Origin: Syntrophales bacterium
Lineage (GTDB): Bacteria > Desulfobacterota > Syntrophia > Syntrophales > UBA8958
Assembly (NCBI GenBank): GCA_026416455.1
Contig: JAOAFE010000002.1
Span: 109,942 to 173,941 of the forward strand
Length of the DNA: 64,000 nucleotides
Direction: 5' to 3'
Part shown: positions 41,429 through 49,910 of the stretch, in pieces
Layout: every line of letters starts with the position of its first letter
Numbering within the stretch: position 1 is the stretch's first letter
Notes under the pieces: model-generated
Database searches by the model: none
Seen by the model: only the letters and a program-made list of their open reading frames with translations
What the model was told of the DNA's origin: nothing
Position numbers and translations under genes: made by a program

Positions 41429-42931
41429 ATGCTTACGGCGCTCACGAAGAGAGAGGAAGATTGGATGGCCGGGGTAATAAAGGAAGACGAATTCGCCAGG
41501 TACATGAGCGGTGGTCGAGATTTCATCGACGATGACCTTATTTGGCAAAAGCTCGCTTTAAATGCCAGACCAGAAAAGAGGAAGGTCAGAGAAATTATTG
41601 AGAAATCTCTCAGTATTACCACTTTAGAGCCCGATGAGACGGCGACTTTGCTTAATGTGGAAGACCCGGAACTTTGGCAGGAGATTTTCTACGCCGCGGC
41701 GGAGGTGAAGAAGAAGGTTTACGATAACCGCATTGTAACTTTTGCCCCTCTGTACGGTGGGGACTTGTGTGTAAACAATTGCCTCTACTGTGGGTTTCGG
41801 CGGGAAAACAAGGTCATAAAGAGAAGGGTTCTCACCCTGGAGGAGCTAAAAAGAGAGGCCGAGGTATTGGCCGGTCAGATTGGACATAAGCGGATTATTC
41901 TAGTCTATGGAGAACATCCGGCGACGGACGCCCATTTCATAGCCGATGCCATTAGGGCAATCTATGATGTCAAGGTGAAGACGAAAAATGGCTACGGACA
42001 GATAAGGCGGGTGAATGTCAATGTGGCTCCTCTGAATATAGGGGATCTTAAGCTCTTGCGGGATGTGGGAATAGGCACTTATCAGGTCTTTCAGGAAACT
42101 TATCACCATGACACATATCGGTATGTTCATCCCGAAGGTACGTTGAAATCTCATTATCAGTGGAGATTATACTGCCACCATCGAGCCCTGGAGGCCGGGA
42201 TAGATGATGTTGCCTTGGGTGTTCTCTTTGGGTTGTACGATTGGCGTTTCGAGGTTATGGGCCTTTTGTATCATGCCCTCGATTTGGAAAGACAGTTCGG
42301 CATTGGTCCCCATACCATCTCCTTCCCCCGATTGGAACCAGCAGCGAACACGCCTTTCATTCAAGAATCTAAGTATCGGGTATCAGACGAGGACTTCAAA
42401 AAACTAATAGCGGTCATCAGGCTCTCCGTACCTTACACGGGTATGATTTTAACCGCTCGGGAGTCGGCCCAGATGAGAAGGGAGGTTATTCCCATCGGGA
42501 TTACCCAGACGGATGCCTCGACAAGAATTGGGATCGGCGCCTATTCCGATCGATATACGGAGCAGGAAAGTGAAAGGCAGCAATTCCTCTTAGGGGATAC
42601 CAGGAGCTTGGACGAGGTTATCCGAGAACTGGCCCAGATGGGCTATATAACCAGCTTCTGCACGGCCGGTTATAGGTGTGGACGAACGGGTGACCGTATC
42701 ATGAGCCTTTTGAAGACGGGCAAAGAGGCGAAGTTTTGCAAACTTAACGCCGTTTTAACTTTTCGGGAATGGTTGGACGATTTTGCCTCTTTGGAGACAA
42801 AGAAAGCAGGGGAAGAGATAATTGAAAAGGAACTCGAGGAAATAAGGCAACAGATGCCCGAGCAGGTGTTTTTCAAGATTCGGGAGTTCTATGACCGGAT
42901 AAGAAATGGCGAACGAGACCTTTACTTCTGA
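41429..42931 (+). CDS. hydG: [FeFe]-hydrogenase H-cluster radical SAM maturase HydG
   Basis: FAPLY, CVNNCLYC (CxxxCxxC), FQETYH, GPHTISFPR, C-terminal CTAGYRC-x19-C auxiliary cluster motif; start 41429 or GTG 41402. Confidence 0.9.
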   Translation: MLTALTKREEDWMAGVIKEDEFARYMSGGRDFIDDDLIWQKLALNARPEKRKVREIIEKSLSITTLEPDETATLLNVEDPELWQEIFYAAAEVKKKVYDNRIVTFAPLYGGDLCVNNCLYCGFRRENKVIKRRVLTLEELKREAEVLAGQIGHKRIILVYGEHPATDAHFIADAIRAIYDVKVKTKNGYGQIRRVNVNVAPLNIGDLKLLRDVGIGTYQVFQETYHHDTYRYVHPEGTLKSHYQWRLYCHHRALEAGIDDVALGVLFGLYDWRFEVMGLLYHALDLERQFGIGPHTISFPRLEPAANTPFIQESKYRVSDEDFKKLIAVIRLSVPYTGMILTARESAQMRREVIPIGITQTDASTRIGIGAYSDRYTEQESERQQFLLGDTRSLDEVIRELAQMGYITSFCTAGYRCGRTGDRIMSLLKTGKEAKFCKLNAVLTFREWLDDFASLETKKAGEEIIEKELEEIRQQMPEQVFFKIREFYDRIRNGERDLYF

Positions 42932-43190
42932 ATTAGTAAAAGAATTTAACGCCTTAGCGGAGGAAATAAAGCGAGACTATGGTGTCCGAATGGGCTTGGT
43001 CCAGGTATGGGGGAAGCGCCATTCGTATGTGGCGGGAGAATGGGATAACGGTTTTCTCCCTCCCGAGATAATTTACCTGGACGATTCTTATGCCCTCGTC
43101 TCGAGTGAATGGGACAAGATACCCGAGGAAAAAAGAACAGATATTGTGCTTGCCCTAAGAGGGATAGGGAAGGAAAAGAGTTTCAGGTGA
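42906..43190 (+). CDS. Hypothetical protein, 94 aa
   Basis: Overlaps the hydG 3' end, protein-like composition, followed by hairpin AGGTGA-ACCC-TCACCT (43185-43200). Confidence 0.65.
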   Translation: MANETFTSELVKEFNALAEEIKRDYGVRMGLVQVWGKRHSYVAGEWDNGFLPPEIIYLDDSYALVSSEWDKIPEEKRTDIVLALRGIGKEKSFR

Positions 43191-43230
43191 ACCCTCACCT
43201 TTAGAGCCTGCCGATAATATACCCAAGAAG

Positions 43231-43773
43231 TCAAAACGCCATGAAGTATCCGGTGGTGAAAAAATGAGAATTGAGTCCACCGTTCGAGAGGTGGCGGAAG
43301 CGGTAACCAAACTGGAGATAAGATTTTTTGTCCAGTTGGATGCTCACACCCGCTTCCAGCGTGCTAGCGAAGAGAAAGCCGTTTTCCTGTTCAGGGCAAC
43401 GAAAGGTGATGTAGTGGGGACCGAAGGTACCCAAGAGATAAGGATGAAGAATTCTGTGTCCGTGGAATACGTATTTAAACCCTAATCCTACCCCCGATTC
43501 GATTTCCCCTTGGGAAGCGACGGCAGGGTTAACTTGAGGTTCAAGGAGAAGATAAAAGTTATGCCAACTCGGAGAAATTTTTAGATTAAAGGTGAGCTGG
43601 AAGGCTGCCAGTATGGGATGGTAGTTTCCTTCAGAGGTATGGGTATATCCAATGCCTAGGACATAACCGATCTCAGCACTTTTGTCCCCTCGATTGCTCG
43701 CAATGCAAGGTGAGATTCCGAGGATGAGAAGGAAGAAAAGGACGGAAAGAATACCTATTCTTCTCTTCTTCAT
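43231..43773 (-). CDS. PagL-like outer-membrane beta-barrel (acyloxyacyl hydrolase / lipid A deacylase family)
   Basis: Signal peptide, amphipathic strands, GYRFRHLSN motif, terminal Phe. Confidence 0.75.
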   Translation of the reverse strand: MKKRRIGILSVLFFLLILGISPCIASNRGDKSAEIGYVLGIGYTHTSEGNYHPILAAFQLTFNLKISPSWHNFYLLLEPQVNPAVASQGEIESGVGLGFKYVFHGHRILHPYLLGTFGPHYITFRCPEQENGFLFASTLEAGVSIQLDKKSYLQFGYRFRHLSNGGLNSHFFTTGYFMAF

Positions 43774-44081
43774 CTTTCCACTTGAACGGTGATTTTTAGA
43801 GTAATGACCCCACCCGTTCCGACACCGATAAACTTCCCCTCACCGTTGAAGGCGAAGGGGACTTCCACCGCCTTCACTCCGGGGCAGATGCGAAAGAATT
43901 GAGTTATTTCATCCGTTATGCCTTGTAATTCCCGTTTTTTTTCTTCTAGCCCCTGCTTGAGTTGATCGGGTGATATTACGCGCGGTGGGAGGGGGGGAGA
44001 CGGAGGAGAGGGCTTTCGCCGAATAACGTGAAGAGGTTCTGGTCTGGTCGATTCGCCTTTTTTATTTTTTTTACGTGCCAT
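43770..44081 (-). CDS. Hypothetical protein, possible Pepco/Trypco-like domain
   Basis: Basic/Pro-rich N-terminus, helix, then VEVPFAFNGEGKFIGVGTGGVITLKITV hairpin; fits between neighbours with a 4-nt overlap. Confidence 0.6.
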   Translation of the reverse strand: MARKKNKKGESTRPEPLHVIRRKPSPPSPPLPPRVISPDQLKQGLEEKKRELQGITDEITQFFRICPGVKAVEVPFAFNGEGKFIGVGTGGVITLKITVQVER

Positions 44082-44090
44082 AACGTACCA

Positions 44091-44732
44091 TCAACCTATC
44101 AATTTGTTTTGCACTGCATAGAGGGTTATTTCGGCATTGTTTTTCAATTTCATCTTCTCCAAGATGTGTGACCGGTAAGTGCTCACCGTTTTTACGCTGA
44201 GGCATAGTTCTTGAGCAATTTGGCTTACCGTCTTTCCTGATGCGATCATGAGCATGACCTGTAATTCGCGATCTGAGAGTTTTTCGTGCGGGGCCTTGTC
44301 TAGGTCTGTTCCCAAATAATCGGTGAGTTTCTCAGCCAAGGCGGTGCTGATGTATTTGCCACCGGAAGTTACTTTTCTGATGGCGGCGATTAGCTCATGA
44401 GGGGCAGAGGCCTTGGTAAGGTAACCGGCTGCCCCGGCCCTTAAGGCCCGAATGGCATACTGTTCTTCCGGGTAAATGCTTAAAAAAAGAACGGGGATCT
44501 TGGGTTTCAAGGCCTTGATGTCCTTTAAAATCTCTAAGCCGTTTCTTCCCGGCATGGAGATGTCAAGTAGGATGATGTCGAAATCTCTTTTCCTGATTAA
44601 GCTCATTACCTCCTGGCCGTTCGATGCTTCCGCTGCTACTTCCATATCTCCCGTATCGGCCAGGACTTGTTTAAATCCCGCCCGGACGATAGGATGGTCA
44701 TCAGCGATAAGAATTTCAATTTTTTTCTTCAC
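44091..44732 (-). CDS. NarL/UvrY-family response regulator
   Basis: ADDHPIVR, LLDISMPG, LuxR HTH LSDRE...SVKTVSTYR. Confidence 0.95.
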   Translation of the reverse strand: MKKKIEILIADDHPIVRAGFKQVLADTGDMEVAAEASNGQEVMSLIRKRDFDIILLDISMPGRNGLEILKDIKALKPKIPVLFLSIYPEEQYAIRALRAGAAGYLTKASAPHELIAAIRKVTSGGKYISTALAEKLTDYLGTDLDKAPHEKLSDRELQVMLMIASGKTVSQIAQELCLSVKTVSTYRSHILEKMKLKNNAEITLYAVQNKLIG

Positions 44733-46242
44733 GTGTCCTCTCCTGCGACAATGGAAGTGTCACCTTTATCTCCGTTCCCGCACCTTTTTTCCCTTTAATC
44801 ACTAAGGTGCCTCCGAGGCTGGCTACGCGCTCTCTAATGCCGAGAAGACCGAAAGAATGGGGTTTGTACTTTTCTTCTTCCGTTATACCCCTGCCATCGT
44901 CCTTGACCTTTAGGCACACCCGCCCGTCCTTTAAGTACAGGCAGCCCGTGACCTGAGTAGCATGGGCATGGCGGGCGATGTTGGTAAGCGTCTCCTGAAA
45001 GATACGAAATAAGGTGGTGGAAAGTTCCGTATCCAGGGTAAGATTTTCTGGTCTCACCTTGATCTGACAGGGTATACCGGTGCGACGGGAGAAATCGTCG
45101 GCCTGCCAGAGCACCGAAGAGGCGAGACCTAGGTGGTCAAGCATACCGGGACGAAGTGACATATATATCCTTTTCAAGGCTTGCATGGTTATGTCGATGA
45201 GACGTGAGATGGAGGCAACGCGGTTCACGAGTTCCTCGTCCTCAGAGGGTAGACGGCGGGCGAGAAGGACCGTTTCCGTGTTCAGGGCGGTTAGAAGCTG
45301 CCCTATTTCATCGTGCAGCTCTCGGGCAATTGATGAGCGTTCCTTCTCCCGAACAGATTCAAGGTGGGCCGTCAGTTTTCTCAGTTCCTCCCTCGATTTC
45401 TCCAGTTCATCCTTCTCTTTTTTTCTCTCGGTTACATCTTCGAAGATAACAACGATGTTCTTTTCGATCAGTTCTTCGCCGATCCGGGCGGCACTGATGG
45501 CACATACTATATCTGTTCCGTCTTTCTTCCTGCACGGAAATTCCAACCTGACGGCCGGTTCCGTGGCGAGCATATCGTAGATATACTTTGCCACCTCCTC
45601 ATAGTCTTCATCAGAGCGATAGAGTATACGTGTACTTTTTCCTATCATCTCTTCCGCTTTCCAGCCGAAAACCCTTTCTACTCCGTTATTGGCAAAGATA
45701 ATTCTTCTGTTTCTCAGTCCCACCACCGCATGGGGCATGGCTTCGAGGATGGAGGCTTCTAACGCCTCGAGCTCTTCGAGGCGTTTTTGCGATTCCACTT
45801 GTTCCGTTATGTCCATATAATTGACGAGAACGGCCCTTTTCCCCTTGTAACGGATGGGAGCGACCGTTTCTGTGACCCATCTTATTTTCCCTTCTTTGGT
45901 GAAGCCACGAAAGATGATGGGTGTAAACCTTCTCCCCTGGAGCATGTCTATGACAGCCTGACGGGTACTTGCCCTGTCCTCAGGATGGACGATGCAAAGT
46001 GAATCTTTTCCGATGAGTTCCGACAAATTGTATCCCCAATGGCTTTGAGAATGGCGGTTTACAAACTGAAACTTACCATCTTGGATAATGAAAATGCCCA
46101 TTAAGGGCTCATACTCCAGGGTTCGAAAGAGCCCCTCCTGGAGAGACCTCTCCTCCTCCATGTTTTTCAAGGTTTCCACCAATTGTCTAATTCTCGTGAG
46201 CTCTGTCAGGATTTTTTCTTCTTTATTTTCCTTGTTTTCCAA
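44716..46242 (-). CDS. Cytoplasmic PAS-PAS sensor histidine kinase (HisKA_3)
   Basis: Two PAS domains, IARELHDEIGQ, FQETLTNIARHA, DDGRG, GLLGIRER; start TTG 46242 or 46287. Confidence 0.93.
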   Translation of the reverse strand: MENKENKEEKILTELTRIRQLVETLKNMEEERSLQEGLFRTLEYEPLMGIFIIQDGKFQFVNRHSQSHWGYNLSELIGKDSLCIVHPEDRASTRQAVIDMLQGRRFTPIIFRGFTKEGKIRWVTETVAPIRYKGKRAVLVNYMDITEQVESQKRLEELEALEASILEAMPHAVVGLRNRRIIFANNGVERVFGWKAEEMIGKSTRILYRSDEDYEEVAKYIYDMLATEPAVRLEFPCRKKDGTDIVCAISAARIGEELIEKNIVVIFEDVTERKKEKDELEKSREELRKLTAHLESVREKERSSIARELHDEIGQLLTALNTETVLLARRLPSEDEELVNRVASISRLIDITMQALKRIYMSLRPGMLDHLGLASSVLWQADDFSRRTGIPCQIKVRPENLTLDTELSTTLFRIFQETLTNIARHAHATQVTGCLYLKDGRVCLKVKDDGRGITEEEKYKPHSFGLLGIRERVASLGGTLVIKGKKGAGTEIKVTLPLSQERTREEKN

Positions 46243-46361
46243 GGGCTTTCTCTCCGGTCGGCTCTGCACTTGTGTGTATCCTATCAAAACATGTTATCAA
46301 ATTCAATTGCCTATCCGATTGAGCATTGAAACTTTTTTTCAAATTCAATAAGAATGAGGTT

Positions 46362-46871
46362 ATGAGGGAAAGAGAGAAAATAGCTGTTTTGTCCATCGTA
46401 GGCAGGTCCAATTCGGGGAAGACGACCTTGATCGAGAAAATTATACCCGAGCTCAAGAAACGGGGATGGCAGGTGGGTACGATTAAACATAATCGGCATG
46501 GATTCGAAATAGATCACGAAGGCAAGGATAGCTATCGCCATCGGCGTGCGGGTGCGAAGGTTACGGTCATTGCTTCTCCCCAGCAAATCGCGGTGATCCA
46601 AGAAGTGGAAAGAGATTACGAGATTGGAGAACTTATATCTCGGTTCATAAGTGGGGTAGATATCGTGCTGGTTGAGGGATTCAAGGAAAACGCCTACCCC
46701 AAAATCGAAATGCGTCGATTCGGTGTTTCCGGGGACCCAATATATGGGAAAAAAGATAATCTGCTAGCCTATGTGGGAGATGTGAGGGAGGAGAGGGAAG
46801 TGCCCTTTTTCCATTGGGATGAAATCGAAAAGATAGTTGACTTGATAGAAGAATATTTTGGCCGTGCTTAA
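46362..46871 (+). CDS. mobB: Molybdopterin-guanine dinucleotide biosynthesis protein B
   Basis: VGRSNSGKTTL, IKH, GKDSYRHRRAGA, LVEGFK. Confidence 0.93.
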   Translation: MREREKIAVLSIVGRSNSGKTTLIEKIIPELKKRGWQVGTIKHNRHGFEIDHEGKDSYRHRRAGAKVTVIASPQQIAVIQEVERDYEIGELISRFISGVDIVLVEGFKENAYPKIEMRRFGVSGDPIYGKKDNLLAYVGDVREEREVPFFHWDEIEKIVDLIEEYFGRA

Positions 46872-48141
46872 GGTTCAGGTACCATTCCTTTCTTATCTCT
46901 TATGGGAAAGAGGAGCGAGGTGGACCTTATTTTTCTTCCTCGGTGTGTTTCTGTGCCTTCTTTTTCAGCCCGTGCGTTTGGGGGCGGCGGTTTCACAAGA
47001 TCACTTTTCATACATCGATATGATGAAGGCGGATGAGACCCTTTTAGCCTCCAAAGAGCAATTCCTTTTTTCCGATCATTACTTGCGACAATATTTCATG
47101 CCCTGGACGGAAAAAGGACCCCTCTACGAGCAAAAAAGAGTAGAGATGTTTTTTGCCACATATCTAGAGAAGATAGCTCGCAGAGAAGGAAGGAAAGAAA
47201 GAAAGCTAATAAAAAATGCATCACTCTCACAGTACCCAAAATTGAACTTCCCGGCCATTGCTACCGATCGAATTGATGTTTTGGGGCTTCCTTATCGATC
47301 AAAACGTGATGGTCAGCTGAATCTTTCCCTTCAGGCCTCTTCGGTGTCGCGGGGGACCCCTCTTTTAATTTCCCATCAATCGCTGGATGAGAAATGGTAC
47401 TATGTTGAAACGGCATTTGTTTGTGGATGGGCGAGAAAAAAACATATCGTGCCTGTGTCGTTAGATTTTGTGGAAACGTGGCGGAAGTATCCATTGGTTG
47501 TTGTCGTGCGGGACGGGAACAGATATTCTGTTGGCGAACTATATCCCGCGATTAGAGAGAGGGCGGAAGGTTGGGACATTCTCATTCCCCGTGGAGGGAT
47601 CAGAAAGGAAGCCAGGATGGAAGAGGCTTTTATCTCCCATAGGCAAGCTGTTCGGTTTCCTTTGTCCGTTACCTATCGACACCTTGCACAGATAGCTAAC
47701 AATCTGACAGAGCAGCCCTATGGATGGGGAGGGATCAACGGATTTCGGGACTGCTCATCCCTGCTACGGGATTTTTTATCTCCCTTTGGGATATGGCTTC
47801 CTCGTCATTCGGCCGATCAAGCCCTCGAGGGAGGCGTGTTTGTCGACCTGTCAAAAATGACGAGGGAGGAGAAACGTAACCGCATTATTACCCACGGCAT
47901 TCCTTACCTTACCCTCCTTTGGATGAAAGGACATATTATGCTTTACATCGGCACCAAGGATGGAGAACCTTTCGTTTTTCACACTTTCCGTCGTGCCCTT
48001 ATCCAGGAAGAAGGTGGACAGAGGGGTGAAAAAATAGTGGGGAAGTCTTGCATAACGACCTTGGCCGGAAAAGATGCCCCACGTGACCTGTTAGCATCCA
48101 TCCAAGGCATGGTCTTCGTCGCCCGGGAGCCTCATATATGA
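46858..48141 (+). CDS. SH3-domain NlpC/P60 peptidase (YkfC-like)
   Basis: FMPW N-domain, GTPLLISH...WYYVET SH3-like region, QPYGWGG, RDCS, LPRHS, GHIMLYIG; start uncertain. Confidence 0.85.
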   Translation: MAVLKVQVPFLSYLLWERGARWTLFFFLGVFLCLLFQPVRLGAAVSQDHFSYIDMMKADETLLASKEQFLFSDHYLRQYFMPWTEKGPLYEQKRVEMFFATYLEKIARREGRKERKLIKNASLSQYPKLNFPAIATDRIDVLGLPYRSKRDGQLNLSLQASSVSRGTPLLISHQSLDEKWYYVETAFVCGWARKKHIVPVSLDFVETWRKYPLVVVVRDGNRYSVGELYPAIRERAEGWDILIPRGGIRKEARMEEAFISHRQAVRFPLSVTYRHLAQIANNLTEQPYGWGGINGFRDCSSLLRDFLSPFGIWLPRHSADQALEGGVFVDLSKMTREEKRNRIITHGIPYLTLLWMKGHIMLYIGTKDGEPFVFHTFRRALIQEEGGQRGEKIVGKSCITTLAGKDAPRDLLASIQGMVFVAREPHI

Positions 48142-48926
48142 GAACGAGATACCGTCTTACCATCGAATACGATGGTACCCCTTTTCAAGGGTGGCAAATC
48201 CAGGAAAAGGGGCGGACGATCCAGGGGGTAATCGAGGCGGCGGCGGAGACATGCTTCGGAGAGAAAGTGAGTATCTGCGGGGCGAGCCGTACCGATGCCG
48301 GTGTACATGCCATAGGCCAGGTTGCCCATCTGGATTTAAGGAGAAAATGGCCGGAAGAACGGGTGAGATATGCCCTCAATGACCATCTGCCGGCCACGGT
48401 CAATATCCTTTCCGTGACGGAAGTCCCCATGTCCTTTCATGCGAGGAATGACGCCAAAGAGAAAACTTATTTATACTGCATTTCTCGGGAGAGAACGGCC
48501 TTTGCCAAAAAGTATGTCTGGTGGATAAAAGATGACCTAGACGTGAATCTCATGCATCGAGGAGCACAATTCTATGCAGGTTTTCACGATTTCTCCTCCT
48601 TTGCCGATAAGCGTGTCGATCCCTCCTCTTCCCGTCGGGTGTTGATTACGGAGGCAAAGGTGGAAGAGAGAGGGGCTTTAATCCTTTTTCTTGTAACCGG
48701 ATCCCATTTCCTTTGGAAGATGGTGCGCCGAATGACAGGCATCTTGGTGGAAATCGGTCGCGGTAATTTACTTCCTGATATTATTCCCCACCTCCTTGCC
48801 GCTCCTTCTTCCCTTCCGGCCCAATACACGGCTCCCCCCTCGGGTCTTTTTCTTGTGCGCGTGTGGTATGAGGGAGAAGAAAGGGGGCAGATTCCCTGGC
48901 CGCCCTGGGGGGTGGGCATAAGGTAG
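48138..48926 (+). CDS. truA: tRNA pseudouridine(38-40) synthase
   Basis: YDGTPFQGWQ, GASRTDAGVHA, FHAR, FLWKMVRR, TAPPSGLFL. Confidence 0.96.
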   Translation: MRTRYRLTIEYDGTPFQGWQIQEKGRTIQGVIEAAAETCFGEKVSICGASRTDAGVHAIGQVAHLDLRRKWPEERVRYALNDHLPATVNILSVTEVPMSFHARNDAKEKTYLYCISRERTAFAKKYVWWIKDDLDVNLMHRGAQFYAGFHDFSSFADKRVDPSSSRRVLITEAKVEERGALILFLVTGSHFLWKMVRRMTGILVEIGRGNLLPDIIPHLLAAPSSLPAQYTAPPSGLFLVRVWYEGEERGQIPWPPWGVGIR

Positions 48927-48929
48927 CAT

Positions 48930-49907
48930 ATGGTTAGTCGTATCGATCTTTTATACGCCTTCGTCGCCAACCGAAAACGTTTTTTCACGGGAGGATGGGG
49001 AGATATAGGGGTCCTGCAGTCATTGGTGGGGGATTATGCTCCTCCCACGGGAAACGGAACGGAGATAGAGATAAATTGGATGGAGGATGAACACAAAGGA
49101 TTTTTTTCCATAAAAAGAGGCTTCTTCGATTCACCGGCACGAGACGTAGGTCTACCTGAGCAAAGCAGACAAGCCTATGTGGAATGGATCATGCCGGCAG
49201 ATAGCACCTCCCATACACCCATTACTATTCATTTTGCCGCCACGGGAGACGAGGGTTTCTCAAGACGGCGTATGGCGTTCGGCTTGCCTCTTGCCCGCCG
49301 CGGAGTTGGTTCGGTCATATTGGAAAATCCTTATTACGGGCGAAGACGTCCAAGGGCCCAAGAGGGGAAGTTTCTCCCTTACGTGAGCGATCTGTGGAAA
49401 ATGGGACGGGCGTCGACCGAAGAGGGCCTGGCCATTTCCCGCTGGTTAAGAAGACAGGGGTACAAGAGACTCATCGCCTGCGGCGTCAGTATGGGAGGTC
49501 ACATTGCCGCCAAAGTAGCTAACTTCAGCTCGGAACCAATGGGTTGCGTTGCCTTCCTTGCACCCCACAGTGCCGAGGCAGTTTATCTGCAGGGGATTTT
49601 AAGTAAATATGTAGCCTGGGAGGTTTTGGAGCGCGAAGCCAGAGGGGATTTTGCTGTCCGGGATTTTTTTCGAGCGGTCCTTTCGCAAACGGATATTCGT
49701 ACCACCCCTCCTCGATATTCCATGAAGGCGGCGCTGATCATTGGGGCGCTGAAAGATGCTTATATTCCCCGGGAATCGGTTGAGACGCTGAAGAAACATT
49801 GGCCGGATGCAAGGCTCAAGTGGGTAAGAGGAGGACATGTAACTGCCTTCCTGCTACACCGAGAGGCATTAATCCAAGGAGTATGGGAAGTGTTGAGGGA
49901 ACTTTAA
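48930..49907 (+). CDS. Alpha/beta hydrolase, ABHD18/DUF2048-like
   Basis: FFTGGWG, HFAATGD, LENPYYGRRRP, nucleophile GVSMGG, DAYIP, GGHV. Confidence 0.8.
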   Translation: MVSRIDLLYAFVANRKRFFTGGWGDIGVLQSLVGDYAPPTGNGTEIEINWMEDEHKGFFSIKRGFFDSPARDVGLPEQSRQAYVEWIMPADSTSHTPITIHFAATGDEGFSRRRMAFGLPLARRGVGSVILENPYYGRRRPRAQEGKFLPYVSDLWKMGRASTEEGLAISRWLRRQGYKRLIACGVSMGGHIAAKVANFSSEPMGCVAFLAPHSAEAVYLQGILSKYVAWEVLEREARGDFAVRDFFRAVLSQTDIRTTPPRYSMKAALIIGALKDAYIPRESVETLKKHWPDARLKWVRGGHVTAFLLHREALIQGVWEVLREL

Positions 49908-49910
49908 GAG

